In this document: positions 49,474 to 59,944 of the stretch, piece after piece
How positions within the stretch are numbered: the first letter of the stretch is position 1
Layout of the letters: the number at the start of each line of letters is the position of its first letter
Origin: Candidatus Harrisonbacteria bacterium CG10_big_fil_rev_8_21_14_0_10_40_38
Lineage (GTDB): Bacteria; Patescibacteriota; Minisyncoccia; UBA6257; 1-14-0-10-40-38
Assembly: GCA_002773535.1 (NCBI GenBank)
Contig: PFAZ01000001.1
Coordinates: forward strand, 89,273 to 153,272
Length of the DNA: 64,000 nucleotides
Reading direction: 5' to 3'
Notes under the pieces: generated by a model
The model's database searches: none
Told to the model about the DNA's origin: nothing
The model's input: the letters and a program-made list of their open reading frames with translations, nothing else
Translations under genes and position numbers: made by a program

Positions 49474-52023
49474 ATGAAAAAAACTAATAATTTATTCACA
49501 AAATTAGCTGCTATATCCCTCGCGATAGGGGTATTGGGAAGCGCTATCCCAGTAGTAGCAATCGGCCTTCCGGAGGTTCAAACCTTGCCAGCAACAGGCA
49601 TTACTTCAGATAGCGCAACACTAAACGGTCACGTACATCAAACAAGAGCCAGCGACCTCTTGGTTTGGTTTGAATATGGCGAAACAGAATCACTTGGGAA
49701 ATCAATTGGCGACAAAACAGTTAACTGGCCCGATTCCGAAGACGCCAACTGGAGCGCATTAATTTGGAATCTAAAACCAAACACAACCTACTATTTCAGA
49801 GCAGTTGCTCAAAACGACCTTGGAACTAGCAGAGGAAGCTTAATGTGGTTTACGACTGGTGCGGGATCTCCCCCATCAGGTGATAAGCCAAATGTAAATA
49901 CAAAATCAGCAACCAATATTACAACTTCAGCCGCAACACTTAACGGTGAAGCAAAACCAAACGGCTCATACACAGACGGTTGGTTCGAATGGGGTACAAC
50001 TTCAAACCTTGGAAATACAACAAATAGTCAATCGCTCGGAAATGGTTCATCTTTCGTTCCCTTTTCATTCAGATTAAATAATCTTCAAAGCAATAAAACA
50101 TATTACTTCCGCGCCGTAGCAAGAAATTCCCATAGCACATCTCATGGAACAACTTTCGAGTTTAATACAAATAACGATGGCGGAGGTAGTTCAAGAACAC
50201 CAACCGTAGAAACTCTTTCTGCGGATAACATCACCGGACACGAAGCAAGACTAAATGCCGACGTAAATCCAAACGGTAGCAGAACTTATGTTTGGTTCGA
50301 ATGGGGTGAAGTCGCAAAAAACAACCACTCACAGGAAAGAGATATCGGAAGTGGCACAAGTTTCGAACGTGTTTCTGAAACAATCACAGGTCTTAAAGCA
50401 AATACAAATTACAACTTCCGCGCAGTTGCAAGAAACAGCAACGGAACAACTTACGGCAATACAAAATATTTCACAACAAACAATGACGGGAATATCGACA
50501 AGCCAACAGTCAGAACAAATCCTGCAACAGATATATCAAGCTATTCAGCCCGCCTTCAGGGAACAGTAAATCCTAACGGAAATCAGACAAACGTTTGGTT
50601 CGAATATGGAAAAACCAGTTCATTCGGAAGATCAACCGGATATCAATCAGTAGGCTCTGGTAGATATGACATCGATGTTTCCTCATATGTTTCTGACTTG
50701 GAAATAAACACAGTTTATTATTTCAGAGTTGTCGCTTCAAACAGCTACGGAACAAGTTATGGTCAAACACGAACATTTGTCACAAATCAGGACGGAGGAG
50801 AAAGTTATCGCGCTCCAACTGTCTACACAACAAATGCAACTGGCGTAACCAGAGATTCAGCCATACTTAACGGATCCGTAAATCCAAACGGAGCCACTAC
50901 AAGAGCATGGTTTGAATGGGGTTATACAGCTTCACTCGGCAACAGAACTTCTTACCAGAATATTGGTGGAGGTACTAGTTCATTTACCGTAAGCGCGCCA
51001 ATATATAATCTCTCCGACAATACAACTTATTATTTCAGAGTTGTTGCAGATAATAACTACGGAACAAGCTATGGAAGTATTTATAGTTTTACAACCGGAA
51101 CTGGATCAAATTCCTTAGCTCCATATGTAACAACGCTTTCACCATATAGCGTCCTTACAAATATCGCAGGAGTAAAAGCGAACATTAATCCAAACGGCTC
51201 TTACACAGACGGTTGGTTCGAATGGGGTACAACGCAGTCTCTCGGTCAGAGAACAACAAGAGTTTCTGTTGGAAGTGGAAATTCATATACAGAATTAACC
51301 TCTGTACTGTTAAATCTCTCCCCTAATACCACATATTACTTCCGAGGTGTTGCACAAAATTCATACGGCACAGGATATGGCGCAATTATTTCCTTCACAA
51401 CACAAGGCGGAGGTACAACTCCTCCCCCATCAGGTGGTGGAACGGGAAGCGGTATCATTGGCCCAACACTTACACTCACATCATCTCTCGATAAGAGCGA
51501 AGTAAAAGTTGGAGAAGAGTTGATCTATAAACTCATGCTCAAAAATACAAGCTCAACTCACTCTCTTCGAAATGTAAAAGGAACGATTAAAGTACCGGAA
51601 ATTGTAAGCTTCCTTTCAGCAAACGCAATGATGATGATAGAAAATCCTGAAGAAATATCATTTAACATCGACAGATTAACTCCACTCGGGGAAAACGAAA
51701 TCCAGATAAAATTCAGAGTAAACGAAAAATCCAAAAACAATGACGATTTAACAATCCAAACCGAGATCAAATATTCAGACGCGCTCGGAAGAAGTTATAA
51801 TGTCAGCACATTTGCTACAGCAAAGGTGCACGGAGGTATCGGCCTACTCGCATCAATCAGCGATCTTTTCACTGGAGCAAGTATTTCCCTCGGATGGTTC
51901 CTAGTAATCCTCTTGTTACTCATCATCCTCGGGATAGCATACAGCCAGTGGAATAGACGCAAACTTGAATCAATTCTCTATCAAAACCCCCCGCCTCCTC
52001 CTCCACCTATTCGTGAAGCATAA
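49474..52023 (+). CDS. surface protein with six fibronectin-III-like repeats, DUF11-like domain and C-terminal TM
   Basis: six repeats of PxVxT..A.L.G..WFEWG..YYFR.VA.N..G..FTT. Confidence 0.85.
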   Translation: MKKTNNLFTKLAAISLAIGVLGSAIPVVAIGLPEVQTLPATGITSDSATLNGHVHQTRASDLLVWFEYGETESLGKSIGDKTVNWPDSEDANWSALIWNLKPNTTYYFRAVAQNDLGTSRGSLMWFTTGAGSPPSGDKPNVNTKSATNITTSAATLNGEAKPNGSYTDGWFEWGTTSNLGNTTNSQSLGNGSSFVPFSFRLNNLQSNKTYYFRAVARNSHSTSHGTTFEFNTNNDGGGSSRTPTVETLSADNITGHEARLNADVNPNGSRTYVWFEWGEVAKNNHSQERDIGSGTSFERVSETITGLKANTNYNFRAVARNSNGTTYGNTKYFTTNNDGNIDKPTVRTNPATDISSYSARLQGTVNPNGNQTNVWFEYGKTSSFGRSTGYQSVGSGRYDIDVSSYVSDLEINTVYYFRVVASNSYGTSYGQTRTFVTNQDGGESYRAPTVYTTNATGVTRDSAILNGSVNPNGATTRAWFEWGYTASLGNRTSYQNIGGGTSSFTVSAPIYNLSDNTTYYFRVVADNNYGTSYGSIYSFTTGTGSNSLAPYVTTLSPYSVLTNIAGVKANINPNGSYTDGWFEWGTTQSLGQRTTRVSVGSGNSYTELTSVLLNLSPNTTYYFRGVAQNSYGTGYGAIISFTTQGGGTTPPPSGGGTGSGIIGPTLTLTSSLDKSEVKVGEELIYKLMLKNTSSTHSLRNVKGTIKVPEIVSFLSANAMMMIENPEEISFNIDRLTPLGENEIQIKFRVNEKSKNNDDLTIQTEIKYSDALGRSYNVSTFATAKVHGGIGLLASISDLFTGASISLGWFLVILLLLIILGIAYSQWNRRKLESILYQNPPPPPPPIREA

Positions 52024-52121
52024 ATAATTCACATAGCGCGAGGATAGGAAAAATGTGATAACATAAAAAAGATTAATCACAAAAGGTCAAAAACACAAAA
52101 GGTCAAAAAAATAAAAAAAAT

Positions 52122-52607
52122 ATGCAGCAAAAAACAGTAATAACAATGGTCATCGCTGTCTTAGCCGTAGGAGCAGTCGTATTTTTGAGCAAACAAAGCC
52201 CGGAAGTCGCAACTACAGGTGATAGTAATAACGAAGCAAACATTGTGGATATATACAACACAGCAACAGAATTAAAAGTAGAAGATATCACAGTCGGAAA
52301 TGGAGCAGAGGCCACCAACGGATCAACTCTCACAGTTAACTATGTCGGAACACTCGCAGACGGATCAAAGTTTGACAGTTCATATGACAGAGGCGTTCCA
52401 TTCGAGTTTACACTCGGAGCCGGCCAGGTTATCCCAGGATGGGATCAGGGCATGGAGGGCATGCACGTTGGCGGAAAAAGAAGACTCACGATTCCAGGAT
52501 CACTCGCATATGGTCCAAATGGAGTCCCAGGAGTCATTCCCCAGAATGCAACTCTCATCTTCGAAGTTGAATTGATTGATGTATTAGCTGAGCCAAAAGC
52601 TCTCTAA
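52122..52607 (+). CDS. FKBP-type peptidyl-prolyl isomerase
   Basis: [30 protein letters not shown]. Confidence 0.93.
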   Translation: MQQKTVITMVIAVLAVGAVVFLSKQSPEVATTGDSNNEANIVDIYNTATELKVEDITVGNGAEATNGSTLTVNYVGTLADGSKFDSSYDRGVPFEFTLGAGQVIPGWDQGMEGMHVGGKRRLTIPGSLAYGPNGVPGVIPQNATLIFEVELIDVLAEPKAL

Positions 52608-52624
52608 ACACACGCAAAATAAAA

Positions 52625-52993
52625 ATGGAGACACCCGAAAGAAAAGAAGAAAAAACATCTTCACACGTATCTTTTGAAAGGTGGAAATCTCTAGACATCC
52701 GCGTCGGAAAAATTTCCGGCGCGGAACGCGTTTTAGGCTCTGAGAAACTTATAAAATTAGCAGTAGAAACAGGGGAAGACGAATTTCCGTCTGGTCGCTG
52801 CATCGTAGCCGGCATTGGTTTAAAATATGAACCGGAAAATCTTATCGGCAGAGAGGTAACAATTATAGCCAATCTCGAACCAAGAAAACTCATGGGCATA
52901 GAAAGTCAGGGAATGCTTCTTGCGGCGAACGACGACGGGCCAGTGCTTCTTATACCAGAAAGAGAAGTTCCCCCTGGTTCAAAAATCTCGTAA
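52625..52993 (+). CDS. tRNA-binding OB-fold protein (MetRS C-domain/CsaA/Trbp111-like)
   Basis: DIRVGKI, IVAGI, NLEPRKLMGIESQGMLLAA. Confidence 0.9.
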   Translation: METPERKEEKTSSHVSFERWKSLDIRVGKISGAERVLGSEKLIKLAVETGEDEFPSGRCIVAGIGLKYEPENLIGREVTIIANLEPRKLMGIESQGMLLAANDDGPVLLIPEREVPPGSKIS

Positions 52994-53862
52994 TGACGAA
53001 CTTTTTAAAAAAACTTTTTTTTATAATCTTTATTGCCGTCTCAATCGGCGTTTTTTTATTTATTCTCAAAAACACAGATGATGTTGCAAAAAATGTAAAT
53101 GAAAAAGTAATCCCAGAAATAAAAAATATCACAACTAACGTTGAAGAAAGAATTAAATCAGCTCCCCCGCTCCGCGCAATCAAAGAAGCGATTTCAAAAA
53201 CAGAATTAACGATAAATGGTGTAATACAATTTACAAATGACGCAAGAACAAATGATAGAAAGAAAATCCTTGAGGAAAACCAACTGCTAGACTTAGCAGC
53301 CCAAAGTAAAGTAAATGACATGTTTGAAAAACAATATTTTGAACACGTCGGACCTGATGGACGCGATGTTTCCGATTGGACACATGATGCAGGTTACGAA
53401 TACATATCAATTGGCGAAAATCTCGCTCTCGGTAATTTTGAGGGCGACAAGGATCTAGTAGATGCCTGGCTTGCAAGCCCCGGTCACAGAGAAAATATTT
53501 TAAACAGCGGGTTTACTGAAATAGGAGTTGCTGTTAAAGAAGGTTTTTATGAAAGTAAAAAAACATGGCTGGCAGTACAGGTTTTTGGACGCCCCGCATC
53601 TGATTGCGCAAAACCAAGCGATGATAAAAAAGAACAAATAGAAAGCAATGAAAAAAAATTAGATAATATCCAAATTCAAATCAATTCAAAACGTCAGGAG
53701 ATAGAAAATTCATCAAGAAAATGGGGTGCCTCCTATAATGAACTCGTCAAAGAGTATAACAACCTTGTAAACGAATATAATTCCATTTTAGACGACCTAA
53801 GGATATTAATAGATACATATAACACAGAGGTAAACACATTCAATACTTGTATTAAATCGTAA
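52993..53862 (+). CDS. CAP/SCP-domain protein with coiled-coil tail
   Basis: YFEH, GENLA, WLASPGHRENIL, VQVFG. Confidence 0.9.
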   Translation: MTNFLKKLFFIIFIAVSIGVFLFILKNTDDVAKNVNEKVIPEIKNITTNVEERIKSAPPLRAIKEAISKTELTINGVIQFTNDARTNDRKKILEENQLLDLAAQSKVNDMFEKQYFEHVGPDGRDVSDWTHDAGYEYISIGENLALGNFEGDKDLVDAWLASPGHRENILNSGFTEIGVAVKEGFYESKKTWLAVQVFGRPASDCAKPSDDKKEQIESNEKKLDNIQIQINSKRQEIENSSRKWGASYNELVKEYNNLVNEYNSILDDLRILIDTYNTEVNTFNTCIKS

Positions 53863-53898
53863 TAGAAATTTACCTCATAAATCTTGTAATATTAAAAA

Positions 53899-55107
53899 AT
53901 GAACAAAAAATCAACTGCAATTTTTATATCATTGTCGATTTTGATTTTACTTGGTCTTGCGGGAGGTTTGTTTTGGGAAAAAATAAAAGGTCTCGTTCCC
54001 GCCATACTTCCAAGTCCAGAAGATATTACAAAACTTGAAACCCTTCCCTTAAATATTCCTAATAGATTTCAAATTTCTATTTTTGCAAAAAATCTCAATG
54101 AACCACGAGATATATATATAAACCAAAATATTCTTCCAAACACGATCCTCGTAAGTGACACAAAGGATGGAAAAATTATCGCTCTTAAAGACACAAATAA
54201 AGATAACGTAGCAGATGAAAAAATCTTTATCCTTGAAAATTTAAAGAGTCCCCACGGCATCGAAATACAATGTAACAATGAGAAAAACTGCCTGCTTTAC
54301 ATTGCCGAAAGCGGAAAACTGACAGAGTACACATTCGACCCAAATTCTTTGAAAGCAATCTTTAAAAGACAGCTTGCAGAATTACCCGATAGTGGCATTC
54401 ATTTCACGCGATCACTTCTATTTTTACCGACACCAAATAATAACCGCTTACTGGTTTCAGTCGGCTCCTCATGTAACGTTTGTAATGAAAAAGACGACAG
54501 GCACGCAAAAATTCTAGTAATAAACGTAAACAATAAAACCCCAAAACTTGAACCTTATGTAACAGGTCTTAGAAACAGTGTTTTTATGATTACTGACAGC
54601 AAAACCAAAAAAGTCTATGCAACCGAAATGGGACGCGACCTTCTAGGCGACATTACGCCACCAGATGAAATAAATATAATTACCGAATCAAAAAACTATG
54701 GCTGGCCAACATGCTATGGAAAAAACATACACGATACAGAGTTTGATAAAAACACTTACATTAGAAACCCATGCATGGAACCATTTGAAACCGAAAGCTT
54801 TATAGACATTCCGGCCCACTCTGCGCCCCTAGGCTTGGAATTCACCCCAAAAAACTGGCCAAAAGAATATGAGGGACTACTTGTTTCCTATCACGGCTCA
54901 TGGAATAGATCTGTTCCAACTGGCTATAAAATCGTTCTTTTTGATATAAACAACCCAAATAAACCATCAATCGATATAGTAGGCGGTTGGCTAAAAGACA
55001 ATGGAGCTATCGGCAGGCCAGTGGATATTGAAAAATATGATGATAACTCCGTACTTGTATCAGATGATAAATCGGGCGTAATCTACAAACTGACATATGG
55101 AAAATAA
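53899..55107 (+). CDS. PQQ-dependent sugar/sorbosone dehydrogenase family
   Basis: GSSCNVC, GLRN, PPDEIN, NYGWP, HGSWNR, GRPVD. Confidence 0.88.
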   Translation: MNKKSTAIFISLSILILLGLAGGLFWEKIKGLVPAILPSPEDITKLETLPLNIPNRFQISIFAKNLNEPRDIYINQNILPNTILVSDTKDGKIIALKDTNKDNVADEKIFILENLKSPHGIEIQCNNEKNCLLYIAESGKLTEYTFDPNSLKAIFKRQLAELPDSGIHFTRSLLFLPTPNNNRLLVSVGSSCNVCNEKDDRHAKILVINVNNKTPKLEPYVTGLRNSVFMITDSKTKKVYATEMGRDLLGDITPPDEINIITESKNYGWPTCYGKNIHDTEFDKNTYIRNPCMEPFETESFIDIPAHSAPLGLEFTPKNWPKEYEGLLVSYHGSWNRSVPTGYKIVLFDINNPNKPSIDIVGGWLKDNGAIGRPVDIEKYDDNSVLVSDDKSGVIYKLTYGK

Positions 55108-55813
55108 CCCGAAAACAACAATTGTTATCTGCACATATAACGAATCAAAAAATATCGTCCCTCTCATAGAAGAAATCGAAAAGCTTAATGTCGTAAATCA
55201 CGATTATGTGATTATAGACGACAATTCACCTGACAAGACAGGAGAAATTATAGAAAACCTGAAAACCAAATACCCAATCACCCCAATACACCGCAAGAGC
55301 AAACTCGGCCTCGGTTCCGCATACATCGAAAGTTTTAAAAAAATTATCGAAAAAAATGAAGCAAACTATATAGTCCAGCTCGATGCTGACTGGTCACATG
55401 ACCCAAATACCATTCCCAAACTTATCGAAAAAATGACGGACTTTGATCTGGCTCTCGGATCCAGATATATTCCGGAAGGAAAAATAGAAAACTGGAATTT
55501 TATTCGCCGCACAATCAGCTCGTTTGCAAACTGGGGCGTAAGAAAAGTTTTAAAAGTTCCATACCACGACTTAACAGGAGGTTTCAAATGTTACAAAAAA
55601 GAGGTTTTAAAAAAGATCGATTTAAACTCCATAAGCTCTACCGGATACAATTTTCAAATCGAAACCACATACCTTGCTCATTTGGCAGGATTTAAAATAT
55701 GCGAAATCCCTATCACATTTACAGAACGCCGCGATGGAGAATCAAAATTTAATATTGGAATAATGCTTGAAAGTTTTATCAAAGTTCTAAAGCTAAGGAA
55801 AAAGCATGAGTAA
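55097..55813 (+). CDS. polyprenol-monophosphomannose synthase (GT2)
   Basis: TYNE, DDNSPDKT, GLGSAY, DADWSH, GYNFQIE. Confidence 0.9.
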   Translation: MENNPKTTIVICTYNESKNIVPLIEEIEKLNVVNHDYVIIDDNSPDKTGEIIENLKTKYPITPIHRKSKLGLGSAYIESFKKIIEKNEANYIVQLDADWSHDPNTIPKLIEKMTDFDLALGSRYIPEGKIENWNFIRRTISSFANWGVRKVLKVPYHDLTGGFKCYKKEVLKKIDLNSISSTGYNFQIETTYLAHLAGFKICEIPITFTERRDGESKFNIGIMLESFIKVLKLRKKHE

Positions 55814-57530
55814 AAAATTTCATAAATACGCACTAATCAGCATTCTTGTAGTTTCAGCAATACTTCGAATATGGAACTTAGGACTCGGTGATCCAATAAA
55901 CGACGAAGTTCTCATTGCTTTTAGAGCTCTGGGCCTTATTGATTTTGATGCGGCAGAATTTCAAACAACTCCTTTCGAATGGTTCGATATAGCAAACGGA
56001 ACCATATCTCACTCTGGAATCCCATCTTGGGCAAAATTTTCTTTTCATGACCACCCACCATTTGCCTTCTGGATTCAACACATATTCCTAACAATTTTCG
56101 GTACGGCTGTATGGGCCTTCAGGCTCCCTTCAGCGCTATTTGGTATTGCATCGGTATACTTACTTTATAAATTAGGAAAGTCTCTTTTCAACAAAAACAT
56201 AGGCCTTCTATCAGCCCTTTTTATAGGTATTACAGTAAACCATGTTCACATGTCTAGGGTTGGCATGCAGGAAGCATATGTCATATTTTTTATCATCCTC
56301 ACAGCTTATCTCTATACGCTTTCCATAAATAAAAACCCAAAGTGGTTTATTGCCGCAGGTATTTCAATGGGATTCGCATTTCTTACGAAATATACAGCTT
56401 TCCTTCTTATTCCGTGGCTTATTATCCATCTTGCGATCTCGAAGCCAAGACTTTTTAAAAACAAAAATCTCTGGATAGGAATTCTTTTATCAATCACTGT
56501 TTTTTCGCCGGTGATTTTGTACAATCTCGCTCTCTACAACGCTACAGGGCACTTTGATTTCCAGTTTTCATATCTTTTTGGACAGCATCCGGAAGTTTGG
56601 CAAAAAGCGCCGGGAAAAGAAATTGGCTCTGTTGGCAATCGTTTTTCCAATTTCTTTGCGTGGATAAAAGACATCAATTCCCTCCCCTATCTCATCTTAG
56701 GTTTTTTGAGTTTTCTCTGGATTGGTTTTGAATGTGTAAAAAAAAATAAACGCGCCCCCAAAGAAAAACTTTTTATCCTTTTAGGCGCCCTGATAACATT
56801 TCTATATATTATTTTTATCACCGGCCCCGCATATAGATTCCTATCAATGCTAACCCCATTCTTCGCCATATTTATCGCGCTCGGAATAGAAAAACTACAA
56901 ACGCTGATAAAAAAAGAGTTTCTATTTAAAGGCATTTTGGGAATTTTTATTGCATTTGAATTATTAAACACAGCAAACAGCCAACTACTCGCCTACCCAA
57001 AAGAATCAAACATACTTTTTACAACTAAAATCCGTGACGATAAATACAGTTGGGGCTATAACGAACTCGAAACTTTTCTAAAAACCGAACTACAGGAAAC
57101 CTACCCCGCAGTGATCTTTAATAAAAAATATGCATTTTTGGAAAACTTGCAGAAAATCGGTGTAACTAGAGCAAAAGTAAAAAACTATAAATCCTACCCC
57201 GCTCTCTTCATATACGACCACGACATTTTTAATTTTGCCCAACTTTGGAGCTATGACAGAAGATTTATGTATGAAGGCTGGCCGTTCATTCCCACAGAAG
57301 AGTATTACAAACTCCTCGAACAATACGGACAGGATTATCTTAAAAAATCAGGATTTCATAATTATTATTTTATTATTCCAACAAAAGCGCTCGAACTTCG
57401 ACGCATGACCCCGATTACAACGCTCGGCCCCGCCCTCGAGGACGAACTTATCTCACAAGGAAAAGAACCAATAGAAATAAAAGATCCTAAGGGAGATACG
57501 GTTTTTCATGTGTATAAATGGTCTGATTAG
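55806..57530 (+). CDS. GT-C (ArnT/PMT-like) glycosyltransferase
   Basis: DE motif, DHPP, RLPSA, LTKY, multi-TM; overlaps the GT2 gene. Confidence 0.85.
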   Translation: MSKKFHKYALISILVVSAILRIWNLGLGDPINDEVLIAFRALGLIDFDAAEFQTTPFEWFDIANGTISHSGIPSWAKFSFHDHPPFAFWIQHIFLTIFGTAVWAFRLPSALFGIASVYLLYKLGKSLFNKNIGLLSALFIGITVNHVHMSRVGMQEAYVIFFIILTAYLYTLSINKNPKWFIAAGISMGFAFLTKYTAFLLIPWLIIHLAISKPRLFKNKNLWIGILLSITVFSPVILYNLALYNATGHFDFQFSYLFGQHPEVWQKAPGKEIGSVGNRFSNFFAWIKDINSLPYLILGFLSFLWIGFECVKKNKRAPKEKLFILLGALITFLYIIFITGPAYRFLSMLTPFFAIFIALGIEKLQTLIKKEFLFKGILGIFIAFELLNTANSQLLAYPKESNILFTTKIRDDKYSWGYNELETFLKTELQETYPAVIFNKKYAFLENLQKIGVTRAKVKNYKSYPALFIYDHDIFNFAQLWSYDRRFMYEGWPFIPTEEYYKLLEQYGQDYLKKSGFHNYYFIIPTKALELRRMTPITTLGPALEDELISQGKEPIEIKDPKGDTVFHVYKWSD

Positions 57531-57653
57531 GGCATGTTATAATACACAAATAATGCTATTCAAAACCAAGGGTTTAAAAACGCAACTAATAATATTAGTT
57601 GTAATTTATTTGATTTTGATAGGCATTTACTACTACGTAAGACATCTATAAAA

Positions 57654-59384
57654 ATGCCAAAGAAAAAGACACCAAAATTCATCTTCATAACAGGCGGCGT
57701 AATGTCCGGAGTCGGCAAGGGCATAGCCGCCTCTTCTATTGGCAAGATAATGCAGGCGAGGGGTTTTAAAGTAACCGCTTTAAAAATCGACCCTTACGTA
57801 AACGTAGACGCCGGCACAATGAATCCCACAGAGCACGGAGAGGTTTTTGTATTAAGCGACGGCACAGAGTGCGATCAGGACATGGGAAATTACGAAAGGT
57901 TTCTCGAGTGTGAACTCACAAGCGCAAACTATATAACAACCGGTAGTATATACCAGCGCGTTATCGAGAAAGAAAGAAATCTCGAATATCAGGGAAAGTG
58001 TGTTGAGGTTGTTCCACATATTCCACTCGAAGTTATTGATAAAATTGAGAACGCAGCAAAACTTGCCGGAGCAGATATTGTCATTACAGAAATTGGCGGA
58101 ACAATTGGTGAATACCAAAACATTCTATTTTTGGAAGCTGTAAGGATGATGAAATTAAAAAGTCCCGGCCACGTTGCGACAGTTCTTGTCAGCTTCCTGC
58201 CTCTACAAGGAAAAGACAGCGAGTTAAAAACAAAACCAACCCAATACGCAGTAAGAAGTCTAAACAGCGCCGGCATACAGCCAGACATTATTATAGCAAG
58301 AGCATCCGTTGCGCTTGATAAAAAACGAAAAGAAAAAATTGCTTTTAACTGCAACATGGAAGAAGCCGACGTTATATCAGCCCCAAACGTTGAAAATATT
58401 TACGAAGTTCCTCTAAATTTTGAACGTGAGAAATTAAGCGCGAAACTGGTTAAAAAACTAAATCTAGAATCAGATAAAACTGATTTAAAATCATGGAAAA
58501 CTCTTGTTCGAAATACAAAAAATCCTAAAAAAACACTTCAAATAGGAATTGTTGGAAAATATTTCGGTACGGGCAATTTTACTCTAGCCGATTCATATAT
58601 TTCAGTCATCGAGGCCATACGCCATGGAGCGCAAGCAAAAAAAGTAAAAGCAGAAATCACTTGGGTTGATTCCAGCAGCTTTGATCCAAAAGAAAATAAA
58701 TCATGGCGCAGTAAAATTAAATCTCTAAATAAATTTGACGGTATCCTCGTACCGGGAGGTTTTGGCAGCAGGGGTGTTGAAGGGAAAATTAAGACGATAC
58801 AGTTTGCCAGAGAAAATAAAATCCCATATTTGGGACTTTGCTATGGAATGCAGCTTGCAGTCGTAGAGTACTCACGAAATGTTGCCGGGTTAAACAAAGC
58901 GCACACCGTAGAAGTTCACGAGAATACCCCACATCCCGTCATTGCGGTTCTTCCCGAACAGGAATTAAACATAGAAAAAAAACGCTATGGCGGAACCATG
59001 CGCCTAGGAACATATAAAGCGGTTTTAAAAGAAAAAACACTTGTTCACGGAGCATACAAAAAATCACACGAATCAAAATCTTCAACCCTTAAATCAAAAG
59101 TTTTCAATTCAATTATTGATGAACGACACAGACACAGATATGAAGTTAATCCGGAGTATGTCGAGATACTCGAAAAAAACGGTCTCACTTTTTCAGGAAC
59201 ATCAGAAGACAAGCGCCTCATGGAAATCATCGAACTCCCAACAGAAATACACCCATTCTTCGTAGCCACACAATTTCATCCCGAATTCAAATCAAAGCCA
59301 TTATCACCACACCCAATATTCGAGTCATTCATAAACGCCAGCATCGAATCAAACAAGATAAAATTGCACAAGACAAACAAATAA
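57654..59384 (+). CDS. pyrG: CTP synthase
   Basis: GGVMSGVGKG, KTKPTQ, GLCYGMQ, ERHRHRYE, QFHPE. Confidence 0.97.
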   Translation: MPKKKTPKFIFITGGVMSGVGKGIAASSIGKIMQARGFKVTALKIDPYVNVDAGTMNPTEHGEVFVLSDGTECDQDMGNYERFLECELTSANYITTGSIYQRVIEKERNLEYQGKCVEVVPHIPLEVIDKIENAAKLAGADIVITEIGGTIGEYQNILFLEAVRMMKLKSPGHVATVLVSFLPLQGKDSELKTKPTQYAVRSLNSAGIQPDIIIARASVALDKKRKEKIAFNCNMEEADVISAPNVENIYEVPLNFEREKLSAKLVKKLNLESDKTDLKSWKTLVRNTKNPKKTLQIGIVGKYFGTGNFTLADSYISVIEAIRHGAQAKKVKAEITWVDSSSFDPKENKSWRSKIKSLNKFDGILVPGGFGSRGVEGKIKTIQFARENKIPYLGLCYGMQLAVVEYSRNVAGLNKAHTVEVHENTPHPVIAVLPEQELNIEKKRYGGTMRLGTYKAVLKEKTLVHGAYKKSHESKSSTLKSKVFNSIIDERHRHRYEVNPEYVEILEKNGLTFSGTSEDKRLMEIIELPTEIHPFFVATQFHPEFKSKPLSPHPIFESFINASIESNKIKLHKTNK

Positions 59385-59450
59385 TCTAAATCTGCCAGCC
59401 CAAACAAAAACCCCATAGCGAAACGCATGGGGTTCTGCAAACGTACGACA

Positions 59451-59636
59451 TCATCGTAAAAAGTTTGTTGAAAAAAGGAACAATGAAGCAGACAAAACAA
59501 AAATACAAAAAACAAGAAAAAGGAAAGACACTGTTTCAGAAAAACGTTTACTAGAATAATCAGAAGCTCCGAAATACCAAACACCGATCACTGCCAACGC
59601 CGCTACAATCGCTTCAATCAAATATTCCGTTTTCAT
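59451..59636 (-). CDS. 61-aa two-TM protein (cassette)
   Basis: AAGGAG SD, terminator 59406-59434. Confidence 0.6.
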   Translation of the reverse strand: MKTEYLIEAIVAALAVIGVWYFGASDYSSKRFSETVSFLFLVFCIFVLSASLFLFSTNFLR

Positions 59637-59667
59637 TTTTCTCTCCTTCTTTAATCAACGAAAAAAA

Positions 59668-59756
59668 TAAAAAAGAGTCTAGTCGGGACCTTAGCACACA
59701 CCACAAGGGAGCCCAAATCCTCCGTCAATGTGCGCGTTACCCGACTAGACTCAGCT
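59668..59756 (-). ncRNA. candidate ~90-nt hairpin RNA or attenuating leader
   Basis: TTGACA-17-TAATAT; 13-bp stem GAGTCTAGTCGGG/CCCGACTAGACTC; U-run. Confidence 0.6.
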
Positions 59757-59792
59757 AACCAAATATTACCACGCAGAAATCTTATGTCAATT

Positions 59793-59895
59793 AAAAACCC
59801 CTCGTCTCCGCAAACGCAGAAACGAGGGTGTGGCCTGACGTGCTTTGGCTAGACTTTCCAGTCTCAAGAGACTGGTCTCGGCAGGTCACGCACTT
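59793..59895 (-). ncRNA. candidate ~100-nt RNA
   Basis: TTGACA promoter at 59921-59926, TATTAT; branched stem; CCCTCG..CGAGGG terminator. Confidence 0.55.
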
Positions 59896-59944
59896 ATAAT
59901 AATAGCAATTTAAAATATATTGTCAATACCTGTTTTTTTTCATT

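Noticed and set aside
52078-52110. Tandem CACAAAAGGTCAAAAA duplication
   Set aside because: Simple two-copy slippage in an A-rich spacer
21049-59699. CCTTAGCACAC shared by candidate RNAs at 21049 and 59689
   Set aside because: An 11-mer in opposite predicted transcript orientation; a chance match is plausible
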